The notes beneath the pieces are model-generated. The model was not told the DNA's origin. It searched no databases and saw only the letters and a list, made by a program, of their open reading frames with translations. From assembly GCA_951406725.2 (NCBI GenBank), contig OX597817.1, forward strand, positions 82,584,001 to 82,648,000: a stretch of 64,000 bases of DNA, written 5' to 3'. A program made the translations under genes and the position numbers. Below are positions 26,356 through 38,159 of this stretch, piece by piece. The DNA is from Octopus vulgaris (taxonomy: Eukaryota). Position 1 is the stretch's first letter, and the number at the start of each line of letters is the position of its first letter.

Positions 26356-29300
26356 GCAAATAATTAGTAAATGTAACTGGATCACATTTATAGCTTATTT
26401 TTTAAAATAAAAAAAAAAATGACATAACAAAATATGTTACGTTACCTATTTTGTTATGTCAAGCTTTGTATTAAAAAATAAGCTATAAATGTGGTCCAAT
26501 CGATGTGTTGGTTAATCTGTGGTTTTCTCCATTTTCTAATTATTTGCATTGGTTCCTGATAAACCTCTTGCCTGCACACCAATGCCTGGGGATAATAGAG
26601 GTAACGGATACTGATAGGATATACAAATATTTTATCCCTTTGTCAGTTACTATAACTGCTAACTCTGTTTACACCATATATATATATCAATGAGATACAT
26701 TCTGTAAGTTAGTCTCAAAAGCTTTGATCTTCCATTTTCAAGCTTAGAGATCTTCTAATGCAAAGAACTGATTCGAGGCAGAAAATTAAAAATAAACCAG
26801 TTACAATAACTGGCAATTATGAGGTAGAACCATGGCACAAATTAACTACAGAACCGAACTTTAACAGGAAGTTTTTGAGAAAATGCCAAATAAAATTTCT
26901 GCATTGATAATATCAAAATTATTTGATGCAATACAATAAAAACATTTACATGGAAAGAATAAAAGGCAGATGCATTCATAAGTAGAAACATAGATATGGA
27001 TATATATGTATATATTTATATACTTTGTTGTTGCTTGTGAAAGATTCTGGCATTGAGCTATATATTCATTTCTTTCTTCTGCCAATTTGGTGTTAATATC
27101 TCGAGAATTGCTGTAAAACACAAAACATGAATAATTTTAAAGTTAATGTAAGCATGCATTAAAAAGCTATGTTAGAAAAAAACCAGACATGAATAACTTT
27201 CTAAGATGATGTAAACATACATTAGAAAAGAAAAAAAAGCTGTTTTCATTTTAGTTTGGCATGACATCATGCACACATTGATTTTTTTCCTATACAGCCA
27301 ATTTTGTCTCAAACCAAATTTGATCACAGGAGTATTATTATCTGAAGGATCCTTGTTTTAATCCTATTTTTACTTGTTTAACTAACAGCTAAAGAACAGT
27401 ATATGTAACGCTAAACCTCTTGTGATCCTTACATCTCCATAAACTTAAAACTGTCTACAACTTTGGAACGAAAGAAGGGTTTTCTTTTTTAGTGATGTTT
27501 TCCTATAATCATTGCTTATCAGTAAACACTTCCACATCTTTTAATTTTATTAAAATTTTTATTACTTTCACCAATATATACAGAATAAAAGCTATTTAAG
27601 ATAATGTAAAAATAATTTTATTTGTTTGAGAATATAATGCATTTTTTTGTAATACAATATTAATCTTGTTTTAGTAAAATGTAATGTAAACAAGAAATAA
27701 CAGTAAAATTAGACAATGATACATTAATATAAAATACGAATATGATTATTAACTCCAACAAACAAGGACTTAAAAAGTGTATCTCACAGTAAAAATAAAT
27801 ACTCCTCCAAACATTTAATTTTCACAAATATTCAGAAAATTAGTCATGTTGTATGTTTGAAAACAAGCTATACATAATACATAATTTTGACTGGTCTATA
27901 ACTATTATTATTTAGCTTCAGTCAAGGTGGTGAGCGGGCAGAATTGTTAGCGTGCCAGACAAAATGCATAGTAGTATTTCGCTGGTCATTATGTTCTGAG
28001 TTCAAATTTCGCTGAGGTCAACTTTACTGTTCATCCTTTCAAGGTCAACACTGGGGTTGATGTAACTGACTTATCCCCTCCCCCAAAATGGCTACCCTTG
28101 TGGCAAAATTTGAAACCATTATTCAGTCTCAGTGTTGTGCCTAGAAAATTAATGGCTATAAGCTTTATATCTATGGTAATACTAAGTCCTATTTCTTGAA
28201 ATACTTTAATCACATTTTCTCTAAATCTAACTTATAGCCATTACAATTTTTCATTAGAATCAGGCCATTATTATAACACAGACTGTAATCGATTTCAGGA
28301 AAAATGACGCCGCCGTGGTGATCTCATTCTTGCTCACAACATCATAAGCGGAAAGTGTAACCTCTCAAAAGAGCTGTTCTTCACTCCTGCTCCAGAGCGT
28401 CGGCTGCGGGGTCACTCCGAAAAGCTCTATCTGCGACGATTTCATCTCAATCGAAGGAGAGGGGCTTTCTCTGTCCGGGTTGTGGATCCGTGGAATAAGC
28501 TGCCAGACAAGATAGTGAAGATGCCGGTGACTGCTCGGTTCAAAGTCTCCCTTGACCACAAGTGGCCTGAACTCTTTACATGAACACCACCCTGTACATA
28601 ACTCCATGTCCCCCTACATGGACTTGCATTTTGCTTATTGAGCCAAAAAATTAACTAACTAACTAACTAACCTTATTCTCAATTAATCTAGAACACAGAG
28701 TCCTATAATTTCTCTCACCTGTGCTTCATGATATGCTCCCAAGACATATCAAACATTTGTCCCTCACTTTCTTAACCTATGTATTGTTATAGGAAAACAG
28801 GAGTGATTCTTTAGAATTCATAACCCTGTGTAACATGATTTTTTACCTTGGGTAGCAACTGTCATTTCCCTTTTGCTTATAACTAGAAAGTATGATAAAT
28901 GGCTAATATTTCTTTCAAACTTTATTTTTGTTACATTTATTGAAACCCCAAAGAGTCCCTTACAAAATAAGGTTCTAATGCTACCCCACTACTCCTGCCC
29001 ATCAGCAGAGATGCACATGTTATCAGCCACTAACGGATATGCCCAAGTGGTTATGGTCAAGCAGCTGACAAGCAAATCTATGGTATTGAGCAGAACATTT
29101 GCTTTAACAAAATTTCTGCTTCAGCATCTCAGTGCTGGATCTACATGGAATGTAATGGAAAAGAGGTAAGTTTCAAAACATTGATGTCCAGGTCACTAAA
29201 GCAAAGTTTGAAAAGAATAGCAGTCATTTTCTCTGATTTCTAGATAGAATCAAATAGGAAATAACACTTACTGACCAAAAACAAAAACAAAAAATAAAAT

Positions 29301-32257
29301 AATAAAATAAAAATTTTGTTATGCAGTGTAATCACATAAATTTTTCTCTCACTTATATCTGTGATTGTATTCACATAAAAAATTTAGGGCCTTCCAAAAT
29401 CCACTCATAAGTTTTTGGTTAGCCCAGGGCTATTGTAGAAATCACTTGTTGAAGTTGCCAAGTAGTGTTACTGAACTCAAAACCACATGATTGCAAAATA
29501 AAATTTCTTAACCATACAACCATGTTCATCTCATTTAAAAGAGATTTTGATATTTTGAAATTACTTACTTTACTCTTTTTCGTCAGAGTTATTCATTACA
29601 GTAATTACTATAATTTACCTTACTACAAGCATAGTTTTAATCAATTAAGTGCTTTTTGTCTATTTTCACTTACTACAATAAGTATGTTAGCCTCAGGTTA
29701 ACTATACATAAGTTTCTTTTAATGACTGCTACTTCTAGTAGCTCACATTAGTTAATTTTTAAAGGTCTTTTTGAAAATCATATTTCAAATTCCATGGTAT
29801 GTTTTGACCACTAGAAATCACCATAGTGGACACTATATTTAAAACAAATCTATTTCTATCTTCTCTTTAATTCTTGTGAGGCATTAGGAAGGGCATCCAG
29901 CTGTAGAAACGATGCCAAAACAGACAGTGGAATCTGGTGCAGCTCTACAGCTTGCCACCTCCTGTCAAAACCATCCAACCAAAGCCAGCATGGAAGATGA
30001 ATGATGATGATGATGCATTCTTTCATTCTTTCACTTGTTTTAGCCAACAAACTGTGGCCATGTACTGGGTTTAGTTGCTGAAATTGACCCCCAGCATTTA
30101 TATTTAAGGTTGGTGCTTTATTGTTTTGGTCTCTTGTTGCTGAACCACTAACTCATGGGGATGCAAACAAACCAACACTGGTTGTCAGCAGATGAGAAAA
30201 AAATGCGGACACATACACACACACACAACACAATACAGTTCCCATTTATCAATCCACTCACAAGGCATTGGTTAGCCTGAGACACTTGCCGAAGGTTCTA
30301 CACATTGGGACTGAATCTGAAACCACATGATTCCAAGGTGAATTTGTTAAGCACACAGCCATAACTGTACCTAATATTGGTTAACAGTTTATATAAATTT
30401 CTTCCTATCTAATTTCGTATTCATTCAGAAATATTGATGTCTTGGTCATCTATAATAAAATTTTAACTTCTCTCAATATTATCCAAATTATTTGAGAGAA
30501 AACTTTCAAGTTCATATATGGTACTTGAGAGTTGTTTAGTTTGTGCATCAGTCTTGAATCAATTAAATTAATTTAAAAAAAACACAAAAACCTTCAGTTA
30601 GTGATTATAACTAAAATTGCACATGAAAAGTTACTAACAACACATGTAAAATACATTTTTATGGCCAATACTGGAAGTTTCCATGGTAACTAATTGCATA
30701 AACTAATAAAATAAAGATTTTTAAGGAATACTAGTGGAATTACAAGATATGTGACAAACATCAATAAACATTTTTCTTGCTCTAGGTAGCACATTATGTG
30801 GGTACTGAAACATTCAATTACCAAGTAAGTCTCAACGTGGTTGCTAAACCTGTGAGAAATAATAGCTAGATCTCGCTCAAATTCTACTCTAGTGTCTTTA
30901 GAAAGAAGGGACACATTGTCTAATTTATTCCTAGATAAACTATAAAGATGAGATGGTCATGGTGGATTGTGCATGCTCAGGGTTGACCTGGTGCTCAATA
31001 ACAATATGCCGTAAACACAGATATGATCAGGAACTTAATAAGTTACTGTTTATTTGTTCTTCATCATCTTCTTGGTGTTTCTCTCTGTCCTAATGCATTT
31101 AAAGCAGTTTTCTGATTAACCTAATGCAACACTCCTTAGAATTTGGATAAACACGACTTTTAAATAAATTCAATTTAAATTTTAATTATGCACCCACCAA
31201 TATTTTAATGCTAAATTTCAATCATGTATCAATTGTTTAAGCTAAATACATTGCTCTTGAAGATCATGTTAGCTCATACTCATTTTTTTCCTAGCAAGGT
31301 AATATTTCTCCATAATCAAATGTGTTCTCATGGAAATGGACAATACCATTTGTATTTATAAGGCTACAGCCTGGAGCTATAGTAGGAGACACTTGCCCAC
31401 AGTATCATGCAGGGGGAAAACTGGTACAATATGGTAGATTGTACGTAATCTGATGAGGGAAATGGAAAGGAATACCTGACTCATGGGCCCATCCACCTAT
31501 CAAAGCAACTTACAGATTGCCAGCTTCTTGATCATGATTGAGTCTTTTTTGTTAAAGGTCAGAAAAGGGCAACAAGCCTCTGATAGAGATATGCCATCAA
31601 TGGCCATAGGAAAGAAACAATCTTAGTAACTAAATATCATCAGGACAGTCAGACTAGTCTAGTGGGTCCAAGATGTCATCAATGACAACCACTCAGTGGA
31701 TTGAAGAGGACTCAATATGTAGGGAGTCGACTGTAAAACATATGGAGCATGAGGACATCAAGTACAATTCATAAGTAATGAAATGGCAGTTTATGTGTGA
31801 GAAACTCTAATACAATCATAGAGTCATGTGACCTACAACATGACTTGCTTCATTTTGATTATTCTGGAATGGTGGAGGAAGTGATAAGTGGCAACTTGAA
31901 GCCTTATAGTGTCAAAGAGTTGTTAGGAGCTGGCATCATTGGCATGATAGGGACCATAAATAGGGGAAGTCACCTGATTCTGGTGGTGGTGGGGGCACTT
32001 TTATGACCATACTGGAGTTACATTGAGCTTGAGAGTGATTTTGTTAAATGACATTGATGTATCTAGTCAAAGGTGTGTGCTATTTGATTATATGGTCTCA
32101 TATAACCATGTGGTCATGGGTTCAGTCCCACTGTATGGCACATTGGATAAGCATCTCCTACTTTAGCCCCACACCAGCCAAAGCTTTGTGAGTGGATTTG
32201 GTTGACAGAAACTGACAGAAACCCATTATACGTATGTACATGCATGCATGCATTCAT

Positions 32258-32294
<37 letters not shown>

Positions 32295-35200
32295 TACATA
32301 CATACATACATACATGGTGGCTGTCCCCTCGTTATCGAGTATGGCCATTGCATGAAGCTTAATCAATGTTGTTATCATGCAATGCCTGTGCAAGAAGATT
32401 TTTTTTAAAGTGAGGAAAGGCTGTGCACTAAGTCAATCCCACTCACTAAGCAACAGCAGCCATAATCCGAAAAGAAGAACAAGTCAACATCATCGGTAAC
32501 CACTGAGCTGTAGGTTTTATGTCGGAGTTATCCCAGTTACCTGAGTTACCTTCTCCTAGAAGGATGCCCTAACAAAGGCTAGGAGTCCTTCACTCCCAAT
32601 GGTTTAACTGCGTGATTGGGTATTCAGTCCGATTATATGTTCCTGCGCATGATACAGCCTTAAGACATTTATTGGATGGCCGTTGACTCTCAAGAGTTAT
32701 TCCGCCTTTTAACGGCTTTTGTTTTTCATCCCGCAGGGTGTCCAATAAACACTCTCCTCACCAAGCAAGCTTGGTGGGGTTGCCGGTTTAGTCGCTGCCA
32801 ACACCACCATGCATACATACATACATACATACATACATACATACATAGGCACAGGCATAGCTGTGTGGTAGGAAGCTTGCTTCTCAATTAAATGGTTCCG
32901 GATTCAGTCCCACTGCATGGCACCCTAGGCAAGTGTCTTCTACTATAGCCTCAAGCTGACCAATGCTTTGTGAGTGGATTTGGTACACAGAAAAACCCTT
33001 CAAGGTGGTGCTCCAGCATGGATGCAGTCAAACGACTAAAACAAGTATAAGAATAAAAGCATACACACACATATTGTATATGTTTGTGTATTTGTTGTGT
33101 ACTCTTGTCTTGACACCGTGTGATGGTTGTAAACAAGCTTCACCATCATACAATTGATGTTGTTCATTTCCAATGTTCCATGAAAATTACATCTGGACAA
33201 GGGGAAGTATTACCCTGCTTGAAAACAGGAGAGGGTTGGTAGCAGGAAGAGCTCTCAGCCATAGAAAATCTGCCTCAACAAATTCCCTATGACCCATGGA
33301 AAAGTGGATGTTAAACGATAATGATGATGATGACAATGACGATGATGACAACAGTGATGATGAATATACATTGTAAAAAACCTTGAGGTAAACAATGATG
33401 AACTATTATACATTAACTAGCACTATGACCCAGCAACGCTGGGTCATAGTGCTAGTGCATGCATATACAGCTGTGTGCGTATGCACATACACGCGAGTAC
33501 TGTCCAAATCTCTGACCAATCACATACAGCTAGCTGGCATTCAATTGGCGTATCAAGTTTCGGGCATTTTGATTGGATTTTGGATAGAAAACTCACAAAA
33601 AAGTCACTTCTGACTTTTTAATGCGGGGTGACTGGGGAAATGTAAAGATGTGCACGACCACCCTTGGACAGTTTTGAATGACCATAGAATGTGCGAGCCC
33701 TCTAACTGAAAAATTGTGGATTTGTATAAAGGACACACATGCAGACATTTTGCCGTTTATATATATAGAGATATTATTTTCAGAGTGGCTGTAAATGATC
33801 ATTGGGACAATGCCGAAGACAATCCTGTTTAAAGTGTTTTGTCTTTTACTTCCTAGAATAACAATGTTTAATTTCAAGAGGTTGACCATTCCTCACGTTT
33901 AACCATTGCAATCTTTGTGTCTTAGATGTTACTCTGTGATCCTCTCATCAATAAATTGTCAAGTTCAGAAGTCTATGCTTAAGGCCAAAACATATCCAGA
34001 ATTGTTTCCCTTTGTTGCCACAATGATTAAAATAACATTAGACATTAAGCTAATGTTGTCTTTTCCTTAACCAAGTAAGGATTTTTTCTTAGATTTTTGA
34101 TACTCACTACATTAAATATGTTAACACTAATTTAAATATTTTGTAAAATGTGCCAGTTAGAGAGCCTTTATGCTTTTTTTATTTGACAATTTGTTCGAAA
34201 TTGAAGCTGATTCATTTTTAAATCAGAGCCTACAGTATTAAAAGGACATACTGGAAATGTAACCCCCTGATATAAAAAAAAATACAGCCAGCACTGGAAC
34301 ACCAACCATCAGATTTAATACGTTGTTAAACAACAGTGTTACTACTGCTACTACTACCAACAACAACACTGCCACCACCACCACCAACAACAACATCAAG
34401 AAATTACATGAATTAAAAGGAAATAACTAGTGTGAAATAAATTAATTATTTCAGAGCAAAGTTTTAAAAAGAAAGTTAAGTAGACTGGTATTTACTTATA
34501 TTCTTTTCTCAGTTGATCAATGTCCCTTAATAACTGAATCTTCTTTTTTCTCAATGCCTGCAAAATATTACAGAATAAAAACCATGTTTAGTGTTTGCTT
34601 TTAGAGTTATTTTTGTGTTTACTTTTATAAATAGGAGGTTTTTTTATTTTTTTAGATAGGGGAATGGTTTTGGAACAATCTAAAGCGTGTTGAAAATTTG
34701 TATATGAAATGTACTAATTTCGTCATGGAGACCTGCTGAATGGAGACCATGAACATTAATCAAAGACTATCAATGCATGTGCCATACTGAACAGGAAGGA
34801 TCCAAATTAGTTTTGTGGAACGCACTTCATGGTGATGTAAGAAGAGGGAAACGTTATCACACATACATCGACAACTAGATCACAGACACAGGAATGGAAT
34901 TTATCCAAAACATTGAGGCAGTGATGTTGGACTGAGAAATGTTACTGTAGCCTAGGCTGGAACCCAGCCATAATAATAATAATTTCATTGTCATCATAAT
35001 CATCGACATTGTTATCATCATCATAATTATCATTGGCACCGTCATCATCGTTTAATGTTGAGGTTCCAAGCTAGCACAGGTTGGATGGTTTCTCAGGACC
35101 TGATGGGTTCAAGGATCGTATTCTGCTTCAGTGTCTTCTTTGGAATGGAATCTAAATCTGGATGTCCTTCATAACACCAAGCACTTTGCAGCACATACTG

Positions 35201-37461
35201 TGTACCATTTTTATGGAATCAGCACTAGTGATATCTTGCTGTATAGAGAAACTAAATGACAACTCACATTTTAAAAAAGTGGGGCAGGAGGTTAGGGTAG
35301 AGCTGGGAAAAGATAAAAATAGTGATGATGAGATATCTGCATGGACCCTCAAGTTATGAAGTGAGTAGAAGTGAACGGGGACAGAAAAACTGAGAGCACC
35401 AGAGAGTAGAGGTTGCAAGGGTGTATGGGAAAGTAAGAGATGGGAAATGGATGAAGGGGCGGTTGAATATAATGAATGAAGAATAAGCATTGAGTGGATG
35501 ACAAGTAGGTGAAGTAGGGAAGAATAGGTGACGACTGTAGAGACTGGGCATGATTGAAGGGTGGATATAATGAATAGAGAATAAAGGGTGAGGTGGGGTG
35601 ACCAGGGCTGAAGAGCAGCAGAACAGTAATGACAACACAGTAGACAAGGGAAGGGTGTGAGACAGAGATGACATTTGGGTGGCTATGTTGTAGAGGTATA
35701 TAGGAAAATTTGTATATTTACTAGAATGGTTGTGAGGTCAGAAGTTTGCATCCCAACTATATGGCTCTGGATTCAGTCCCACTGCACAGAACCTTGAGTG
35801 TCTTCTACTGTAGCTGCAGGTCAACCAAAATATATTTGGTAGATAGAAGCTGAAGGAAGTCCATTGTGTGTGTGCGCATGCATGATGGACAAAATGCCAC
35901 TAAGCATTTCACTTGGCATGCTAATGATTCTGCCATTTCTATTAGTAATCACTCAACCATAAAGTGAGAGTGGTACATATTTTACAGGCAATCTGTCTGA
36001 TACAAGATAAATCACCATAAAAAGCTAAGTAAAATATTAAGTTTAAACAAATAATTCATAGAGTGCATGCAGAACAGCAAGAATTCAAACAATAAAATAT
36101 CTAAACATGTTCTCACAGATGAAAGCAGTGAGCTGGCAGAATTGTTCGCATGGTGGACAGAATGTGTAGTGGCATTCTGCCTGTTTTTATGTTTTGAGTT
36201 CAAATTCTTCTGGGGTTGACTTTGCCATTCATTTTTTTGGAGTTGATAAATTAATTGAGGAGTTTAGTAACAGAGTGCCATAAGTGCCACCCTGGCCATT
36301 TCCGAGGTTAGTATATCATTTTCTTTGTCACGATATCTAGAATCCAAAAATGTTAGGAGGAAGAACCTATGAGGCTTGCGATAAGGCTGAAAAAAATTGT
36401 ACCTCGACGCTACTGACACAATGCTTGCTCACCCAACCTTGGACCAGAGAGTTTAGTCACACACCATTGTAAGCACACATGCTCAACAAATAGCTTTGGT
36501 GTGGTTCCTGTATCGTTTTTCGAGGTGTTATAGCTCATTTCCTAATATTCCTCATTACAATCGTAACAATAATGGGCTATTATCTTACTATCTTGTCTTA
36601 CTTACCTCTTAAAGATACTTACCTTGGTCTTTTTAAACACAAACAATACCTTTGGGTGGGGGTCTCTGTTTTTTTCTAGGTAGTATGACCAAAATATGCA
36701 ATGCAATACACTGTTTCGTAGTACCAGAATATCCCACAAAATGAGAAAAACACAGTCATTGTTTCATCTTTCAGATGCATACATAAATAAATAATTTTAA
36801 ATAGGTGGAATGATTAGAGGAGGTTTTCACGGTCATTTTAAGACCAAAACCAGCTTCCTAATGCCATTCCTCGCAGAGATGTTGCATTCTGAAAGTCGCA
36901 AAAACTTTGTGTTTTTCTCAGTTTTTAAGTTGTGGCACTTACGACGGTCTGTTATTAAATGCCTCAGTCAGCAAGTGTGCACTAGGGGCAATGTAATCAA
37001 CTACCCGCTTCCCCAAAATTGCTGGACTTGTGCCAAAATTTGAAATTATTGTTATTATTATTATTCTGCTTGTTGCACAGCATTTGTTGCTGGTGGTTGT
37101 TGTTGTTAAGCAACAAGACGGGTAAGGGTGATTAGGTGATGGTCTAGGGCTTAGGGGCGGGAGACCCCAGACCTTGGAAAAAAAAACTTTGGTTGTTTTG
37201 TTGTAGTTGAGGGCTCTTCATTGACACCTCTAGAAACAAACACTGTTTCTTAGCTTCCTTAATCAACATAATCTAGTTTGCGATATTCAATTTCATGGTT
37301 ATATTGTACCATATATTTCCATAAAATCTAAGTTGAAAACAATACATACATCATACTGCTTTTCAAGTGTTACAATGTCCCGTCGTGGCACCAGATGGGC
37401 AAATTCATTCATTATTTTCTGCAAATTTTCTTCCATTGATTCAGCACTTTCTGATGACATT
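5889..37461 (-). CDS. TSNAXIP1: TSNAXIP1-like gene, partial (7 exons: 37350-37461, 34496-34557, 27024-27110, 23256-23400, 17318-17446, 12032-12193, 5889-6122)
   Basis: All exons have AG/GT ends on the minus strand, compatible phases and no stops (931 nt). Joined: [37 protein letters not shown]|[21 protein letters not shown]|[29 protein letters not shown]|LPWKKS...PFKGK|[19 protein letters not shown]...[11 protein letters not shown]|[13 protein letters not shown]...[10 protein letters not shown]...NNE|[10 protein letters not shown]...FSYEQLFTE. Motifs VPRRD, VPxFLRxEG, WKER, WAY and YxxLFxE fall in the order I recall for vertebrate TSNAXIP1. Identity is from memory, not a search. Confidence 0.85.
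6083..6420. repeat. 165-bp tandem duplication covering the exon acceptor
   Basis: ATATGACTAATAGCTCAGAATGGTAAATGCCTTCAT.GGTCTGGCAAAAA at 6083 and again at 6248. Confidence 0.9.
7767..7907. mobile_element. mariner-like MITE, about 140 bp
   Basis: TIRs TTAGGTTGTCCCAAAAGTTTGTA and TACAAACTTTTGGGACAACCTTA, TA on both sides, inside an (ATT)n tract. Confidence 0.7.
7929..8476 (-). mobile_element. interspersed repeat (probable LINE 3' end) embedded in (ATT)n; inverted partial copy at about 9285-9474, fragment at about 28980-29105
   Basis: GAGTGAGAGAGCAGTGCATGCCATCAAAGTGACACTGGGG occurs at 7930 and reverse-complemented ending near 9473; both copies abut (AAT)n. Confidence 0.55.
9490..11005 (+). mobile_element. 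R4/Dong-clade non-LTR retrotransposon, 5'-truncated, in an (AAT)n microsatellite
   Basis: [26 protein letters not shown] (RT C-terminus); decayed CCHC ([17 protein letters not shown]); restriction-like endonuclease remnants ([14 protein letters not shown]). (AAT)/(AAC) repeats flank both ends, consistent with TAA-repeat targeting known for Dong. Confidence 0.75.
12032..12193 (-). CDS. TSNAXIP1: TSNAXIP1-like exon, 162 nt ([13 protein letters not shown]...WEMLNNE)
   Basis: TTTCCTAG acceptor, GTTTGT donor, phase 0/0; overlaps ORF 11960..12169. Confidence 0.85.
12580..12950. repeat. (TA)n/(CATA)n compound microsatellite
   Basis: Directly visible. Confidence 0.95.
13507..13996. mobile_element. 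TTAA-flanked (piggyBac-like) MITE with an internal inverted repeat at about 13670-13835
   Basis: TTAA at 13503 and 13997; right end TGCTAAAGGG; internal arms TTTTCCTAAAATTTTCGTTGCGTCTTGCAA and TTGCAAGACGCAACGAAAATTTTAGGAAAA. Confidence 0.6.
15990..16208 (+). mobile_element. SINE family C (copies also near 6375(-), 11045(-), 11500(-), 27925, 36125, 41430(-))
   Basis: Recurrent GTTCTGAGTTCAAA...GACTTT.CCTTTCATCCTTT.GGGGT...CCCCAAAATTGCTGG block. Confidence 0.7.
16655..16945. repeat. diverged direct repeat, period about 183 bp
   Basis: CTCTACAACACAAA...AGATAATTTAAACCT...CTAATTCCA.CCAGA...ATAAAATTAAAT at about 16655 and 16838. Confidence 0.6.
17318..17446 (-). CDS. TSNAXIP1: TSNAXIP1-like exon, 129 nt ([43 protein letters not shown])
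   Basis: Most recognisable block of the family; AAG acceptor, GTTTGT donor, phase 0/0. Confidence 0.85.
17686..18044 (-). mobile_element. non-autonomous Helitron
   Basis: Minus strand starts TC and ends CTAG, inserted between A and T, with subterminal hairpin CCCGAGCAACGTCGGG. Confidence 0.7.
18527..18920 (+). mobile_element. tRNA-derived SINE family A (copies or fragments also near 22645, 32105, 32850, 35730, 39680, 40276(-), 43795, 46800, 49533, 63725)
   Basis: Box A/B-like head (GTGGCTATGTGGTAAG...GATTCAGTCCC), body CACTGCGTGGCACCTTGGGCAAG, internal (TA)/(TG) tract, tail GACTGAAACAAGTAAAAGAG. Confidence 0.8.
19930..21050 (-). mobile_element. RLE-type non-LTR retrotransposon 3' relic (HERO/NeSL-like)
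   Basis: [24 protein letters not shown] (CCHC), QGRYI*RHNQVL and RPD endonuclease motif on the minus strand. Boundaries approximate. Confidence 0.65.
21216..21435. mobile_element. related TTAA-flanked MITE lacking the internal palindrome
   Basis: TTAA-CCCTATAG...TTAA; shares blocks (AATGTCAT..TAAAAATA, AAGCATT.CATTTGA, TAATCT.AATG) with the 13507 element. Confidence 0.5.
23256..23400 (-). CDS. TSNAXIP1: TSNAXIP1-like exon, 145 nt (LPWKKSLDY...PFKGK)
   Basis: TTTTGCAG acceptor, GTTAG donor, phase 2/0. Confidence 0.8.
24407..24745. ncRNA. foldback element with minimal hammerhead ribozyme cores on both strands (+ 24627-24712; - 24440-24525)
   Basis: About 165-bp arms, 7-nt loop at 24572-24578. 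GTGG-CTGAAGA-TTGCT...AGCAT-GAAAC-AATT-GTA-CTAC gives stem I GTGG/CTAC, palindromic helix III ACAATTGT and a GUA site. Confidence 0.7.
24943..26206 (+). mobile_element. RTE LINE 3'-UTR copy with nested tandem duplications
   Basis: Reverse-complement homology to 49990-50585 (GACCTGGCAAGACTAGT, GAGGCAAGTGAAAATCAAA, GGAAGGGCATCCAGC, GGAAAGCGGACG, (GAT)n tail); (TA)n on both sides. Confidence 0.8.
25737..26047 (+). repeat. 62-63 bp minisatellite, 5 near-identical units
   Basis: ATCCGA recurs at 25741, 25803, 25865, 25928 and 25991; unit CACCATCCGAGCGTGGCCGTCTGCCAGCCTCGTCTGGCACCTGTGTCGGTGGCACATAAAAA. Confidence 0.95.
26379..26497. repeat. short inverted repeat next to (TA)n
   Basis: GGATCACATTTATAGCTTATTTTTT / AAAAAATAAGCTATAAATGTGGTCC with inner TGACATAACAAAATA / TATTTTGTTATGTCA. 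Confidence 0.8.
27024..27110 (-). CDS. TSNAXIP1: TSNAXIP1-like exon, 87 nt ([28 protein letters not shown])
   Basis: TTTTACAG acceptor, GTATAT donor, phase 2/2. Confidence 0.8.
28118..28930 (-). mobile_element. Penelope-like RT relic interrupted by the CR1 insertion
   Basis: [15 protein letters not shown] on one side of the CR1; [14 protein letters not shown] (decayed YRDDGL) and [25 protein letters not shown] on the other. Confidence 0.65.
28301..28671 (+). mobile_element. CR1-type LINE 3' end with (TAAC)n tail
   Basis: Open frame [11 protein letters not shown]...RLRGHSEKL...[18 protein letters not shown]...FKVSLDHKW, short UTR, then TAACTAACTAAC. Confidence 0.8.
33417..33771 (-). mobile_element. 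non-autonomous Helitron
   Basis: TC...CTAG ends, A/T insertion site, perfect 19-bp terminal hairpin ACTAGCACTATGACCCAGC-AAC-GCTGGGTCATAGTGCTAGT. Confidence 0.7.
34496..34557 (-). CDS. TSNAXIP1: TSNAXIP1-like exon, 62 nt ([20 protein letters not shown])
   Basis: TTTTGCAG acceptor, GTAAAT donor, phase 0/2 fits both neighbours; coiled-coil heptads. Confidence 0.8.
34700..34970 (+). mobile_element. decayed LINE 3' end (RTE-like)
   Basis: [26 protein letters not shown]...VMLD followed by (AAT)n. Confidence 0.45.
36257..36965. mobile_element. non-autonomous DNA transposon with GAGG termini (Sola-like) inserted in a SINE
   Basis: About 34-bp imperfect TIRs GAGGAGTTTAGTAACAGAGTGCCATAAGTGCCAC and GTGGCACTTACGACGGTCTGTTATTAAATGCCTC; the two halves of a SINE continue at about 36125-36256 and 36966-37045. 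Confidence 0.65.
37350..37461 (-). CDS. TSNAXIP1: TSNAXIP1-like exon, 112 nt (MSSESA...[15 protein letters not shown])
   Basis: Acceptor AG at 37463-37462 after a pyrimidine tract; donor GTATGT; contains VPRRD. An alternative CAG acceptor at 37453-37451 cannot be excluded. Confidence 0.8.
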
Positions 37462-38159
37462 CTTTTGAGAGACAGAAAGAAAAAACAAAAAAGTTTATTT
37501 GTTTGTAAAACAGTAATTTATAAAGCATTAGAACATTTTGTTTATGTATTTGGTTCGCAAGATCCTGATTTGAACTTATGCATCAAAACAGATTTTGTTG
37601 CATCTTGGTAGGGTCATTATGCCAACAGTAAACACATGTACTATTTCTATGCCACTACTTTAAATGAAAGAAGTAAAATATAACCAGTGCATGTGCTTAA
37701 TGTTGGCATAATGACCCTTCCAATATGCAAAAAGATTTGTAAAGTGGTTTTAGATAAAATAAAAGAACAATTCTTTCTTGATACATCGAGTCACATTTTA
37801 AAATAAATGTACATTATAAGACCGTGAGACAATTAAGATTTTCTTAACAAGCGCTGTGGCTTATGTGAAGTGGATTATTTTCAAACTGAAATCATAAGTG
37901 ACTTTATTCATTCTACTAGTTTCTTAAATCACTTTTTAATTCGATCTACTAAATCAGTGAGTTCCAACTTTTTCTCCAGTTTTACTTCTGTTTAACCGGG
38001 TTGATACCAACCAATCTGAAACAAATCCTGGTTGTATGAAACAAACTTCATAATTGAAAGTGATATAAACTAAAAGAAATTTTCATATCAATTTGTTCCA
38101 AATACCAGCTGAATAATGACAAAAGTATCTTACTAAATTCTTCATCATCATTCTCATTA

